NCBI GenBank assembly: GCA_963752475.1
Contig: CAVVYR010000006.1
Coordinates: 576,001 to 640,000 of the forward strand
Origin: an uncultured Chloroflexia bacterium
Lineage (GTDB): Bacteria > Chloroflexota > Limnocylindria > Limnocylindrales > CSP1-4
Direction of reading: 5' to 3'
DNA length: 64,000 nucleotides
Shown: positions 9,157-18,802 of the stretch, one piece after another
Numbering within the stretch: the first letter of the stretch is position 1
Layout: each line of letters begins with the position of its first letter
Made by a program: the position numbers and the translations under genes
Notes under the pieces: model-generated
The model's database searches: none
Told to the model about the DNA's origin: nothing
Seen by the model: only the letters and a program-made list of their open reading frames with translations

Positions 9157-10248
9157 ATGAGACGAACCCCACCAGCGCGCATCGTCGCTGTGCTGCTGGC
9201 GATCTCGGTCCTCTTCGGGGCGACCCCCGCGACCGCCCTGTCGCCGGGCCTCGTACCGGCTGAGGAGGGCCTGCGCATCGCCATCGATTCGATGCGTCAG
9301 CTCGCCACCGATACGCGCTACAACCACGACAAGAAGAAGACCACCCGGCCCAGGAAGGGCCTGCCTATCGATCTGGGCAAGGACGGCCGCCTCACGGTCC
9401 TGCTCGTCGGCAGCGACTGGCGCAAGAACGCACCGGGTGAGCGACTTGACGTGATCATGGTCGCGACCATCGACCCCAAGACGGGCACGGCCGCAGTCGT
9501 GAGCATCCCGCGCGACATGGCCGGCATCCCACTCGCGGGCGGCGGCAACAGCGGCAGCATGCGCGTGAACTCCATCTACTACATCCGCTATCGCGATCCA
9601 TCGCTGGGCCACAAGGCCATCGACCGCAAGGCCATGAGGAAGTTCCAGAAGGACATCGCGACGTTCCTCGGTACCGAGATCGACTACTGGGCCATGACCC
9701 GGTTCGCGACCTTCTCCAACCTGGTCAACTCGCTCGGTGGCATCCGCATCGATATCAAGGAAGAGGTCCGCGACTCGTCCTACCACCACAAGAACTCACG
9801 CGGCGTGTACTTCCCGGTGAAGGACGGCTACAAGCTCAAGGGCGATCCTGCCTGCAAGCCCTACCCCAAGAAGTGTCGGAGCGCCCTGGTCTATGCCCGC
9901 TCGCGCAAGGGCACGCAGGGGACCGAGTACAACAGTGACTGGAAGCGCGCCGAGCGGCAGCAGGAGATGGTCCGCGCGGCGGTCAAGAACATCATCGATG
10001 ACGGCGCCGGCATCGAGCTGGTGGGCCGGCTGCTGAGGGTGCGCGACAAGATCGACACCAACATCCCCAAGACCGTCGAGGCTGCCGGTCAGCTGTATGC
10101 CATGTTCGAGGACATGAAGCTGCGCCGGACGCACATGAAGGTCCTGGCACCGGCGACGTGGGGCTATCTGGCAGCCGACGGCTCGGTGCGCCCCAACACC
10201 GCCCGCATCCGCCAGCTCGTGGACAAGCAGTTCTACAAGGTGCGCTAG
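9157..10248 (+). CDS. LytR-CpsA-Psr (LCP) family cell-envelope protein
   Basis: Signal peptide; VLLVGSDWR, RLDVIMV, VSIPRDM, LVNSLGGI, ALVYARSR, SDWKRAERQQ. Confidence 0.88.
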   Translation: MRRTPPARIVAVLLAISVLFGATPATALSPGLVPAEEGLRIAIDSMRQLATDTRYNHDKKKTTRPRKGLPIDLGKDGRLTVLLVGSDWRKNAPGERLDVIMVATIDPKTGTAAVVSIPRDMAGIPLAGGGNSGSMRVNSIYYIRYRDPSLGHKAIDRKAMRKFQKDIATFLGTEIDYWAMTRFATFSNLVNSLGGIRIDIKEEVRDSSYHHKNSRGVYFPVKDGYKLKGDPACKPYPKKCRSALVYARSRKGTQGTEYNSDWKRAERQQEMVRAAVKNIIDDGAGIELVGRLLRVRDKIDTNIPKTVEAAGQLYAMFEDMKLRRTHMKVLAPATWGYLAADGSVRPNTARIRQLVDKQFYKVR

Positions 10249-10423
10249 AGCAACAAGACGGCGACGGTCGGAACAGCGCTCGGACGAGGCCGCTCAGCAG
10301 GCGGCAATCAGGATGAGGTTGTCCAATCTCAGCCTTGGTGGGCACACGTACCCTGTAGAGGACCGGAAGAGGTCCGGTCCCTCCGATGGTCAGAGATGAC
10401 GACCGGTCCAAGGGATGTGGGGC

Positions 10424-10987
10424 ATGGACCAAGACCTCGTGGTGCGAGCGCAACAGGGGGACCAGCGAGCGTTCGAGTCGCTGACCGTTGTCCACCATGC
10501 GCGCTTGTTCCGGGTCGCCAACTGTCTTCTGCGTGACCGTGGTCTTGCGGAGGACGCGACCCAACAGGCGTTCCTCGAGATATGGCAGGACCTGCGTCGC
10601 CTGCGCGACCCATCGAAGTTCGCGGGCTGGTCCTACCGACTCCTCGTCCGTGCCTGCTACGCGGAGGGCAGGCGTCAGCCAGCCTGGGTGTCCAGCGCGG
10701 GAGTACCGGCAGCACAGGAACCGAGGGCTACAGACGACTATGACGCGGTCCTCGATCGTGACGCACTCGAACGTGGCTTCGCTCGATTGCCGATGGACCA
10801 CCGAGCAGTGCTCGTTCTTCGCTACCTGCTCGATATGACCCCGGCGGAGGTCGCTGGGACGCTGGGCATCTCTCGATGGAACGTCTACGCCCGCCTGCGG
10901 CGGGCCGAGGATGCCATGCGGGCGGCACTCAGCGCCGATGCCCGGGCGACGACCACGTCACGGGTCCGCGAGGAGGCTTTGAGATGA
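10424..10987 (+). CDS. ECF-family RNA polymerase sigma factor
   Basis: LVVRAQQGDQRAF, AEDATQQAF (region 2), WSYRL, LPMDHRAVLVLRY...EVAGTLGIS (region 4). Confidence 0.92.
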   Translation: MDQDLVVRAQQGDQRAFESLTVVHHARLFRVANCLLRDRGLAEDATQQAFLEIWQDLRRLRDPSKFAGWSYRLLVRACYAEGRRQPAWVSSAGVPAAQEPRATDDYDAVLDRDALERGFARLPMDHRAVLVLRYLLDMTPAEVAGTLGISRWNVYARLRRAEDAMRAALSADARATTTSRVREEALR

Positions 10988-13473
10988 AGCAGCAGCCGAT
11001 GGGACCCATCCTCGGGCCGTGGTTCAGGGGCATGGACACGACACCGCCCGATGCGCGGGAGTGCGCCCGAGAGGTGATGGCGAGCCTGCCCGAGGTCCAA
11101 CAGCGTGGTCGCTGGTGGCCGCCGGAGGCATTCGACCGTCCTGCTTCCATCCCCGCCACAGATGGGCCTCAGCACGCAAGGGGGTTCACGGTGTTCTCCG
11201 TAGTCAAGTTCATCGCCGCGACCGCCATCGTGGCGCTGTTCGGCGGCTTCCTGCTCGCGGGCATCCTCTCCACCCAGCCAAGCGACGAGCCGACCCCGGC
11301 GGCGGTGACCGAGTCTCCCTCGCCGATGACGACCGAGGAGTTGCTCACGGGCATGGTGACCGAGGAAGTCGAGCCGGGTGTCTACCGGGTCATCAATGAC
11401 GGGGTGCGCGACCTCTCGTATCCGCTTGGTGGCTGGGGCTACTCCGGCTTCATGGTGGACGTCACCCCGGACGGTCGCGTCTGGATGTCGGTCGATGAGG
11501 GCGACCACGGCCTGTTCCGCCTCGGCGAGGCACCAGTATTCGAGGACCCCTGGGACCAACTTCGCTCGCGAGAGGTCGCCCCTGATGGCTCGTTCTGGGC
11601 CATCGGCGATGACACGGACGGCCGTAGCGGCATCTTCTCGTTCGATGGCGAGAGATGGACTGAGCGGGCGACCACGACCGACCACTTGTCCGCGTTGGCC
11701 GTCGGACCCGACGGCACGGTCTGGGTGTTGGCGATAGACGGGGACAACGACGGGACCGTCCTCCTGCGGCTCGAAGACGACGGCTCTCTCACGACCATCG
11801 AGGACTGGGCCGATGTCTACGACGGTGGCGCGAACTGGCTCCAACTGGCAGTGTCACCCGACGGCGACGTATGGCTCGTCGGGGGGGCTACCCAGGGGTC
11901 CGAACTGCTGTTGCGCTTCGATGGCGAGGGATGGGAAGCCATCGCAGGTCCCGAGGGATGGCGCCCCGGCATATTGGGCCGGTACATCGACGTCGATGCG
12001 GACGGCACGCTGTGGGTGAAGGCCAACGCTGCGGTCGGACTCGCCCGCTTCGATGACCCGGGCTGGACCATGTCCACGCAGGCCGACGGCGTCGAGCCGT
12101 GGAGTGAAGCGAGCTACTTCGACACGGACCTGCTCAACGTCGCCGCCGACGGCAGCCTCTGGCTCCTCAGCAGCCCGACCGGCCCGCTCGGTCAGGGCTG
12201 CGGCGGCGTGTCGCATTACGACGGCACGACGTGGACCTCGTATCTGGTGGAGACCTGCATGCACGACTTCGCCATCGCTCCCGACGGCAGCGTCTGGCTG
12301 GGGGCCGATGACATGGCCAGTCCGCTCCACCTCTACGTCATCAGCCCCGAGGCCGTGGCGGCCAGCGAAGCCGAGGTCAACGGGCCACCTTCGGGAGAGG
12401 AGCCGCCCGACTCCGAGGAGGCACCCACGACGACCGAGGAGTTGCTCTCTGGCATGGCCACGGACGAAGTCGAGCCGGGGGTTCTGCGGGTCGTCAACGA
12501 CGGCGTGCGGGACCTCTCGTATCCGCTCGGCGGCTGGGACATCACCGGCTTCCTGGTGGACGTCACCCCGGACGGCAGCGTCTGGATGTCGGTCGATGAG
12601 GGCGACCACGGCCTGTTCCGCCTCGGCGAGGACCCGGTGTTCGAGGACGTCACGGTCTGGCCTTTGCACCGAGAGGTCGCACCCGACGGCTCGCTCTGGG
12701 GCATCGGCGATACCCCGGACGACCGGACCGGCATCTTCTCGTTCGATGGCGAGGGATGGACGCAGCGAGCGACCACGACCAGTGACCCCAGTGCATTGGC
12801 CGTCGGACCTGACGGCACGGTCTGGGCGGCCTCAGAGACCGCGCTCCTCCGGCTCGAAGACGACGGTTCTCTCACGACCTTCGACTGGTCCGATGTCTAC
12901 GGTGGCGACGCACGCTGGCTCGAACTGGCGGTGACGTCCGACGGCGATGTGTGGCTCGTCGGCACGCGCAGCGGTAGCCCCTCCGGGGGCGAACTGCTGT
13001 TGCGCTTCGATGGCGAGGGATGGGAAGCCATTCCGGGTCCCATCCCGGGTCCGGAGGGATGGGTCCCGGGCCGGGGCCGGGGCCTCCTCGAGGCAGGTGC
13101 GGATGGCACGCTGTGGGTGAAGGCCAGCCACACGAGCGTCGCCCGCTTCGATGACCCGGGCTGGACGACGTTCACGGAGGCCGACGGCGTCCAGCCGTGG
13201 GGCGTACCGGACGACATCTTCACGAACGTGCTCGAGGTCGCCCCCGACGGCAGCCTCTGGCTGATCGGCCTCCAGACCGACGAACCAGAGGACTGCTGCG
13301 GCGTGTCGCACTACGACGGCACGACGTGGACCCCCTATCTGGTTGGGTCCCTGGTCCACGACTTCGCGGTCGCTCCTGACGGCAGCCTCTGGCTGGGGGC
13401 CCACGACATCCTTGGGAGCAAGACGCTCCACGCCTACGTCATCACCCCAGAGGCCGTGGCGGCCATCGAGTAG
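10984..13473 (+). CDS. single-pass membrane protein with two tandem beta-propeller domains (putative anti-sigma/sensor)
   Basis: ATG overlaps the sigma stop. Short N-terminal domain, then TM (FIAATAIVALFGGFLLAGIL), then repeated (V/I)APDG(S/T)(V/L)W blades, duplicated internally. Confidence 0.8.
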   Translation: MKQQPMGPILGPWFRGMDTTPPDARECAREVMASLPEVQQRGRWWPPEAFDRPASIPATDGPQHARGFTVFSVVKFIAATAIVALFGGFLLAGILSTQPSDEPTPAAVTESPSPMTTEELLTGMVTEEVEPGVYRVINDGVRDLSYPLGGWGYSGFMVDVTPDGRVWMSVDEGDHGLFRLGEAPVFEDPWDQLRSREVAPDGSFWAIGDDTDGRSGIFSFDGERWTERATTTDHLSALAVGPDGTVWVLAIDGDNDGTVLLRLEDDGSLTTIEDWADVYDGGANWLQLAVSPDGDVWLVGGATQGSELLLRFDGEGWEAIAGPEGWRPGILGRYIDVDADGTLWVKANAAVGLARFDDPGWTMSTQADGVEPWSEASYFDTDLLNVAADGSLWLLSSPTGPLGQGCGGVSHYDGTTWTSYLVETCMHDFAIAPDGSVWLGADDMASPLHLYVISPEAVAASEAEVNGPPSGEEPPDSEEAPTTTEELLSGMATDEVEPGVLRVVNDGVRDLSYPLGGWDITGFLVDVTPDGSVWMSVDEGDHGLFRLGEDPVFEDVTVWPLHREVAPDGSLWGIGDTPDDRTGIFSFDGEGWTQRATTTSDPSALAVGPDGTVWAASETALLRLEDDGSLTTFDWSDVYGGDARWLELAVTSDGDVWLVGTRSGSPSGGELLLRFDGEGWEAIPGPIPGPEGWVPGRGRGLLEAGADGTLWVKASHTSVARFDDPGWTTFTEADGVQPWGVPDDIFTNVLEVAPDGSLWLIGLQTDEPEDCCGVSHYDGTTWTPYLVGSLVHDFAVAPDGSLWLGAHDILGSKTLHAYVITPEAVAAIE
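11329..13464 (+). repeat. intragenic direct duplication, two ~1035-bp units (11329-12363 and 12430-13464)
   Basis: Both units start ACGACCGAGGAGTTGCTC and end GAGGCCGTGGCGGCC. Long identical stretches, e.g. GTCTGGATGTCGGTCGATGAGGGCGACCACGGCCTGTTCCGCCTCGGCGAGG. Confidence 0.92.
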
Positions 13474-13613
13474 CGAAGGGGGTACATGTGTTCATGGACA
13501 CCGGCGGGACGATGGCGGGTAGCGCGAGGCTGCGACACACGGCCCACCACCATGGCCGCCTTGGACCGCGCCGAGCCACTGGAGGATCCGGCCCACGCAC
13601 AAAGGGGACCCTC

Positions 13614-14417
13614 ATGCGTACGACGCGAACGTCGCTGCTCGTCGCTGCCATCACAAGCGGCCTACTGACAGGCTCGCTTGTCGGGGTCGCGGCGCAGGAC
13701 GAGACAGACGCCCTGCGACTCCTCACCGAAGAGGTGGAACCCGGCGTCGAGCGCATCATCAGCGATGGCGTCGGCCACGACCTCGACGAGACCCACCCCG
13801 ATAACCGCCTTGACACCGACGGCATCGCCGTCGCGCCCGATGGGACCGTGTGGCTCACGACCACGAACCACGGCGACGACAACACCTACCCCAGCAGTGC
13901 GTTCATCTGGGCTCTCGGCCAGCCGGGTGGATACACCCACGAGCATGGGCTGCCCGTCGACACGCCCATTCCCGACCTCGTCACCTTGGCTGACGGCACG
14001 CTGCTCGCCGTCGGGTACCACGGGGTTTCCCGCCTCGCCGGCGACCGGTTCGTGCCCGACGACTGGTTCGTGCTGTACGCGGAAGATGCCCGATTGTTCC
14101 CGGAACTTCAGGTCGCGGGACCGGAAGGCGAAGGCTCGCGCATCCTCGAGGTGCCCGACCGAGGGATAGTGAGCGTGGGCGACTACTCCTGCTGGCGCGG
14201 GAGCGGACCCACCGGCTGGGGCGTCGGTGCGGCTGGCGTCACCTGTGCGGAGGCTGGGGAGGACGGCTCGACGCCGGGGGTACCGACCACGTACCTCGCG
14301 CGTACCTCCATCTACCAGATAGCCGCAGCGCCGGACGGATCGGTGTGGGCCGTGGGTGACTACGACTTCGGCCCCGGTGGTCTGTACCGCATCATGCCCG
14401 AGTCGCCTACCCAGTAG
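13614..14417 (+). CDS. secreted protein homologous to the upstream propeller domains
   Basis: AAGGGG RBS; signal peptide MRTTRTSLLVAA...VAA; LLTEEVEPGVERIISDGVGHDL matches MVTEEVEPGVYRVINDGVRDL; APDGTVW and APDGSVW blades. Confidence 0.8.
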   Translation: MRTTRTSLLVAAITSGLLTGSLVGVAAQDETDALRLLTEEVEPGVERIISDGVGHDLDETHPDNRLDTDGIAVAPDGTVWLTTTNHGDDNTYPSSAFIWALGQPGGYTHEHGLPVDTPIPDLVTLADGTLLAVGYHGVSRLAGDRFVPDDWFVLYAEDARLFPELQVAGPEGEGSRILEVPDRGIVSVGDYSCWRGSGPTGWGVGAAGVTCAEAGEDGSTPGVPTTYLARTSIYQIAAAPDGSVWAVGDYDFGPGGLYRIMPESPTQ

Positions 14418-14483
14418 ATCATCGCGCCGCCTCGGCTGGCGGCGGCTTGCTGACCGCGCGACAGTGTGGGGTAGCGTGACGCC

Positions 14484-14900
14484 ATGTGGAGACTGCGGAT
14501 GTGGCTGCCGGCGGCGGTCGTCTCGGCGCTGCCCTTCGGCACGCGGCCACAACCGTCGCCGAGGAGGATGACACCCAAGTCGGGCGTGACACACCATTCA
14601 CCGGGACGCGGATAGGTCTGGTGCCCGACACGACCGACGAGGAGTGGTCGGTCGAAGATGCAGTCGGGCATGCCCGGGTCTACAGGCTGGAAGAGCAGGT
14701 CGAGTGGAGCGACCCGCGTTTGCCGACAACCAAGCAGACGTACTGAACTTCGACATGCACGACATCGGCGAGTTCCGGGAGCTGCCGATGACCGGCACGA
14801 TCCTGCTTGAGGGTCCGAACGGCTTCTGGAGTGGTGAAACGACGGCCTTCTGCGATGCGGACGGCGACTGCCATGGGATGAACGTCGCACACGTCCATCC
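14484..14900 (+). pseudogene. frameshifted, truncated secreted protein
   Basis: TAGCGT -10 then ATG 14484 encodes signal-like MWRLRMWLPAAVVSAL. Continues in a second frame (AATTVAEED...VEWSDPRLPTTKQT) and a third (VLNFDMHDIGE...LLEGPNGFWSGE), then is cut by the GGDEF gene. Confidence 0.55.
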
Positions 14901-14920
14901 GGCTGTGCCATCCTCGCGGG

Positions 14921-16204
14921 GTGAGCGCCGCCAACTCGACCTCAAATCAGGAGCCGGGACCGCCGGACCTGGAGATCGCCCCCGAGTCCGTCGCCGATGC
15001 CCAGCTCGTCCGACGCCTGCAGCTGACGCGCCGAGTTCTGGCCGGCACACTGCTGGTCCTTGGACTGGTCACCGCTTGGTATCTCCACGACGACGGCGTG
15101 GGGTTCCCGGACATCGTCCTCGCCGTCGCCCTCGTGACGCTGGTGCTGGGCTTGTACGTCCGCCACGACACCACGCAGCAGTTGATGCGCAACCGCCTCG
15201 AGCGTGAGGCCAGCATCCGACGCATCGTCACCGGGCTCTCGCGCTCGGTGTCTGCCGACTCCGTCGTCGATACCGTCATCACCGACTTGCGTTCGGCCAC
15301 CGATGCCGACCATGTGGTCGTGGCCAGAGTCCAGCCCAACGACGAGGTCGAGGTCACGCTCGTGGCCGCCCATGCCGATGCGCCCCCTTCCAAGACCGTG
15401 CTGCGGCCCGAGATCGATCGGGTCAGCGATGTCCCGCCCGACGATGAGGAGGAGGCCGAGCCCGTCCGGACCGACACGGTCGACGAGGCCGCGGCAGCTG
15501 CCGAGGAGATCGCCCGACGGGTGCGCTCCGAGTACGGACTGCCGCAGACGATGGCCACGCCCCTGGTGGCCGATCGCCGTTTCCTGGGCGCGTTGCTGCT
15601 CGCGCGTCGCGGCAAGGAGGCCTGGAGCGACGGTGACATCCGGCTGCTGAACTGGGCCGCCAACGAGGTCGCCACGGCCTTCGCCCGCACCTATGCGCTC
15701 GAGGCCGCGGAGCGTGGCGCGAAGATCGACGTGCTCACGCGGCTGCCCAACCGACGCTACTTCGACGAGGCGCTCGCCATCGAGAGCCCGCGCCGTCGAG
15801 CCAACGACAGCATCGGCATCCTGATGATCGACATCGACCACTTCAAGCTCATCAACGACCGCTTCGGGCACAGCACCGGCGACCAGGTCCTGCGCGGCGT
15901 GGCCGGAGCCATCACCGGCGCCGTCCGTGACGAGGACACGCCGGCCCGCTACGGCGGCGAGGAGTTCGCGGTGCTGCTGCGACGCACCGAGGAGGAGCAG
16001 GCGGTCGAGGTCGCCGAGCGCATCCGCCGCGCCGTGGTCAAGCTGCATCCGGCCTCCCTCGGCATCACCGAGCCGGTGACGGTCTCCGTCGGTGTAGCCG
16101 TGGCGGGCCCGGGCGGCCTGCCGGTGACGAAGCTCGTCGAGCGCGCGGACGGCGCCCTCTACCGCGCCAAGCGTCAAGGTCGCGATCGCGTCGTCACGGC
16201 TTAG
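14921..16204 (+). CDS. membrane-anchored GAF-GGDEF diguanylate cyclase
   Basis: Two TM helices, GAF-like domain, DVLTRLPNRR, DIDHFKLINDRFGH, RDED I-site, RYGGEEF, ADGALYRAK. Confidence 0.93.
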   Translation: MSAANSTSNQEPGPPDLEIAPESVADAQLVRRLQLTRRVLAGTLLVLGLVTAWYLHDDGVGFPDIVLAVALVTLVLGLYVRHDTTQQLMRNRLEREASIRRIVTGLSRSVSADSVVDTVITDLRSATDADHVVVARVQPNDEVEVTLVAAHADAPPSKTVLRPEIDRVSDVPPDDEEEAEPVRTDTVDEAAAAAEEIARRVRSEYGLPQTMATPLVADRRFLGALLLARRGKEAWSDGDIRLLNWAANEVATAFARTYALEAAERGAKIDVLTRLPNRRYFDEALAIESPRRRANDSIGILMIDIDHFKLINDRFGHSTGDQVLRGVAGAITGAVRDEDTPARYGGEEFAVLLRRTEEEQAVEVAERIRRAVVKLHPASLGITEPVTVSVGVAVAGPGGLPVTKLVERADGALYRAKRQGRDRVVTA

Positions 16205-16207
16205 CGG

Positions 16208-18049
16208 ATGCCGCGCGAACGCACCGGACCCCTCGAGCCGACCGACCCCGCTGCGACGCTGACGAACGCCCGCATCTCGGCCGTGCTCGTCGAGATCGCC
16301 GATCTGTTGGAGGTCAAGGGCGCGTCGTCATTCAAGGTCGGCGCGTACCGGCGAGCCGCGGACTCGGTCGCACGTTCGAGTGTCGACGTGGCAGCGGCCT
16401 ATCGCGAGGGTGACCCGCCCAGGTTGCGCGGTGTCGGCGGCAGCATCGGTGAGCGCATCGAGGAGCTGACAACGACCGGGCAGCTGGCGTACCACGAAGC
16501 ACTCCGTGCGGAGGTCCCCCCGACCCTCCTCGAGATGCTGGCCATCCCCGGGGTCGGGCCCAAGACCGCCGGCGAGGTCTGGCGCACGCTCGGGATCGCC
16601 ACGCTGCCGGAGCTTGAGCGAGCGGCTCGCGACGGTCGGCTGCGCGAAGTGCGCGGGGTCAGCGCCAAGACCGAGCAGCACATCATCGATGGCATCGAGG
16701 AGCTCGAGAAGCGCCCGCCGCGCCGCATGCGCATCGACGAGGCCCATGCCCTCGCCGATCGGGTCGTGGCCTTGGTCGCGGAGCTGCCGGGCGTAGAGGC
16801 GGCCGTAGCCGCGGGGTCGGTGCGGCGCTGGCGTGAGACCGTCGGCGACCTCGATATCCTCGTCGAGACCGAGGACCCGGGCGCCGTGCTCGAGGCCCTG
16901 CGAGCCCTGCCCGTGGTCGAGGAGGTCGAGACCGGTGTCCGAGGTGGGGTCGATCGCTCGACGGTCCGGCTCACGGACGGCCCGCAGCTCGACATCATGG
17001 CCATGCCACCAGGCGCCACCGGCAGCTACCTGGTCCACTTCACCGGATCGGCCCAACACAACGTGGCGCTGCGCCATCGCGCCCGCGAGCGTGGCTGGTC
17101 GCTGTCGGAGCGGGGGCTCGCACCGCTCGACGACGAGTCGGCCGATGCCATGTCGTTCGCGACCGAGTCCGACCTCTACGCCTTCCTCGAGCTGGCCGAG
17201 ATCCCGCCGGAGCTGCGCGAAGGCCGAGGTGAGGTCGAGGCTGCCGAGGCGGGCGAGCTGCCTCGTCTCATCGAACGCGCCGATCTGCGGGGTGATTGCC
17301 ACAGCCACTCCCATTGGTCTGACGGGCGCGAGCCGCTCGAGGTCATGGTCGAGTCGGCGCGGGCGGCCGGTCGCGAGTATCAGGTGCTGACCGATCACTC
17401 GCAGAGCCTCGGCGTTGCCAACGGGCTGACGCCGGCGCGCGTCGAGGCGCAGCGGCGGGTCGTCGGCGAACTGAACGAGCGCTTCGCTGCCGAGGCCGCG
17501 GCAGGGGAGGTGCCCGACAGCGCGGACCCGGGCTTCCGGCTGCTCCACGGCACCGAGCTGGAGATCACGACCGACGGCAGGCTCGACTACTCCGATGCGC
17601 TGTTGGCGGCGTACGACGTGGTCGTGGCCTCGGTGCATGTCGGTCGGCGCCAGCCACGAGAGCAGCTGACGGCACGCTATGAAGCGGCCATGCGCAGCCC
17701 GCACGTCGACATCATCAGCCACCCATCGGGGCGGAAGATCGGCGTACGGCCGGACCTCGACCTCGACTGGGAGGCCTTCTACCGAACCGCGGCGGAGACG
17801 GGCACGCTGCTGGAGATCAACGGCAGTCCGGCGCGGCTCGACCTCGATGAGTCCCGCATCCGTGCCGCGATCGAGGCCGGCTGTCGCTTCGTCATCGACA
17901 GCGATGCCCACGAGCGCGCCGACTGGGCCCACCTCGACTGGGGCGTTGCCATCGCTCGCCGCGGCTGGGTCACGAAGGAGCTCGTGGCCAACACGCTGCC
18001 GCGCGACGAGTTCATGGCGCTCATGCGCGAGAAGCCCCACCGGTTCTAG
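16208..18049 (+). CDS. polX: DNA polymerase X / PHP 3'-5' exonuclease
   Basis: HhH motifs, AGSVRRWRETVGDLDIL, QLDIM, HFTGSAQHN, IPPELRE; PHP motifs DCHSHS, TDHS, SVH, SHP, DSDAH. Confidence 0.93.
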   Translation: MPRERTGPLEPTDPAATLTNARISAVLVEIADLLEVKGASSFKVGAYRRAADSVARSSVDVAAAYREGDPPRLRGVGGSIGERIEELTTTGQLAYHEALRAEVPPTLLEMLAIPGVGPKTAGEVWRTLGIATLPELERAARDGRLREVRGVSAKTEQHIIDGIEELEKRPPRRMRIDEAHALADRVVALVAELPGVEAAVAAGSVRRWRETVGDLDILVETEDPGAVLEALRALPVVEEVETGVRGGVDRSTVRLTDGPQLDIMAMPPGATGSYLVHFTGSAQHNVALRHRARERGWSLSERGLAPLDDESADAMSFATESDLYAFLELAEIPPELREGRGEVEAAEAGELPRLIERADLRGDCHSHSHWSDGREPLEVMVESARAAGREYQVLTDHSQSLGVANGLTPARVEAQRRVVGELNERFAAEAAAGEVPDSADPGFRLLHGTELEITTDGRLDYSDALLAAYDVVVASVHVGRRQPREQLTARYEAAMRSPHVDIISHPSGRKIGVRPDLDLDWEAFYRTAAETGTLLEINGSPARLDLDESRIRAAIEAGCRFVIDSDAHERADWAHLDWGVAIARRGWVTKELVANTLPRDEFMALMREKPHRF

Positions 18050-18259
18050 TCAGCCGCTACCCACCGGAAGGGTCACCGGGCGAAGCAGCAGTCCGTGCTC
18101 CGCCAATCGACCCACGCCGAGGGTGAAACGACGAACGCTCCGCCGTTCTATCCGCCCCACGGGTGAGGCCGCGGAGTGCGAACGTATATCGGGACGCTGC
18201 TCCGTCGAGTGACCCGTCGGCAGGGTAGCCGCGCGCCGGTTCGCTGCTACGCTCGGCCG

Positions 18260-18661
18260 ATGGAGGTGACGTATCAGTGGCGGGGGCGCTTCGAGGATGA
18301 CGAGCTGAACCGGTTGCACGCAGAGGCCTTCGGGCATGACCTCTTCGATGACCACTGGGTCGAGCAGGTCGAGCGGTGGAGCCTGGGCTGGGTCGTCGCC
18401 CGAGACGAGAAGGGCCTCGTGGGGTTCGTCAATGTGCCTTGGGACGGAGCCTTCCATGCGTTCGTGATCGACCCGATGGTCGCGAGCAGAGCAGCCCGAC
18501 AGAGCATCGGCACGCGGCTCATCGAGCGCGCGACAGCCGAGGCGCGTGCTGCCGGATGCGAGTGGTTGCACGTCGACTTCGACGGAGAGCTGTCGTCGTT
18601 CTACCTGGAGTCGTGTGGCTTCACGCCCACGAAGGCTGGTCTCATCGACCTGCGTTCCTGA
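18260..18661 (+). CDS. GNAT family N-acetyltransferase
   Basis: LVGFVNVPWDG, ARQSIGTRLIERA (acetyl-CoA motif A), WLHVDF, FYLESCGF. Confidence 0.88.
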   Translation: MEVTYQWRGRFEDDELNRLHAEAFGHDLFDDHWVEQVERWSLGWVVARDEKGLVGFVNVPWDGAFHAFVIDPMVASRAARQSIGTRLIERATAEARAAGCEWLHVDFDGELSSFYLESCGFTPTKAGLIDLRS

Positions 18662-18802
18662 GCCGCGAGCCCTCCGACGACGGGCGTTCGAGGGGAGGGA
18701 TGGTACGATTCGCGTTCGCCAGTCGGTGGTGTACGGCCCTGCCCGGCACCCACCGACCGCCGCGGATCGCGCGGCCCCAGACCCCACGCCCCTGAGGAAC
18801 GA

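Noticed and set aside
11329-13464. DGR template/variable repeat pair
   Set aside because: Differences are not adenine-specific, both copies are in-frame coding, and no reverse transcriptase is in the window
18179-18192. LexA box upstream of the GNAT gene (CGAACGTATATCG)
   Set aside because: Right half does not match GTTC/GTAC, and it is not upstream of a repair gene
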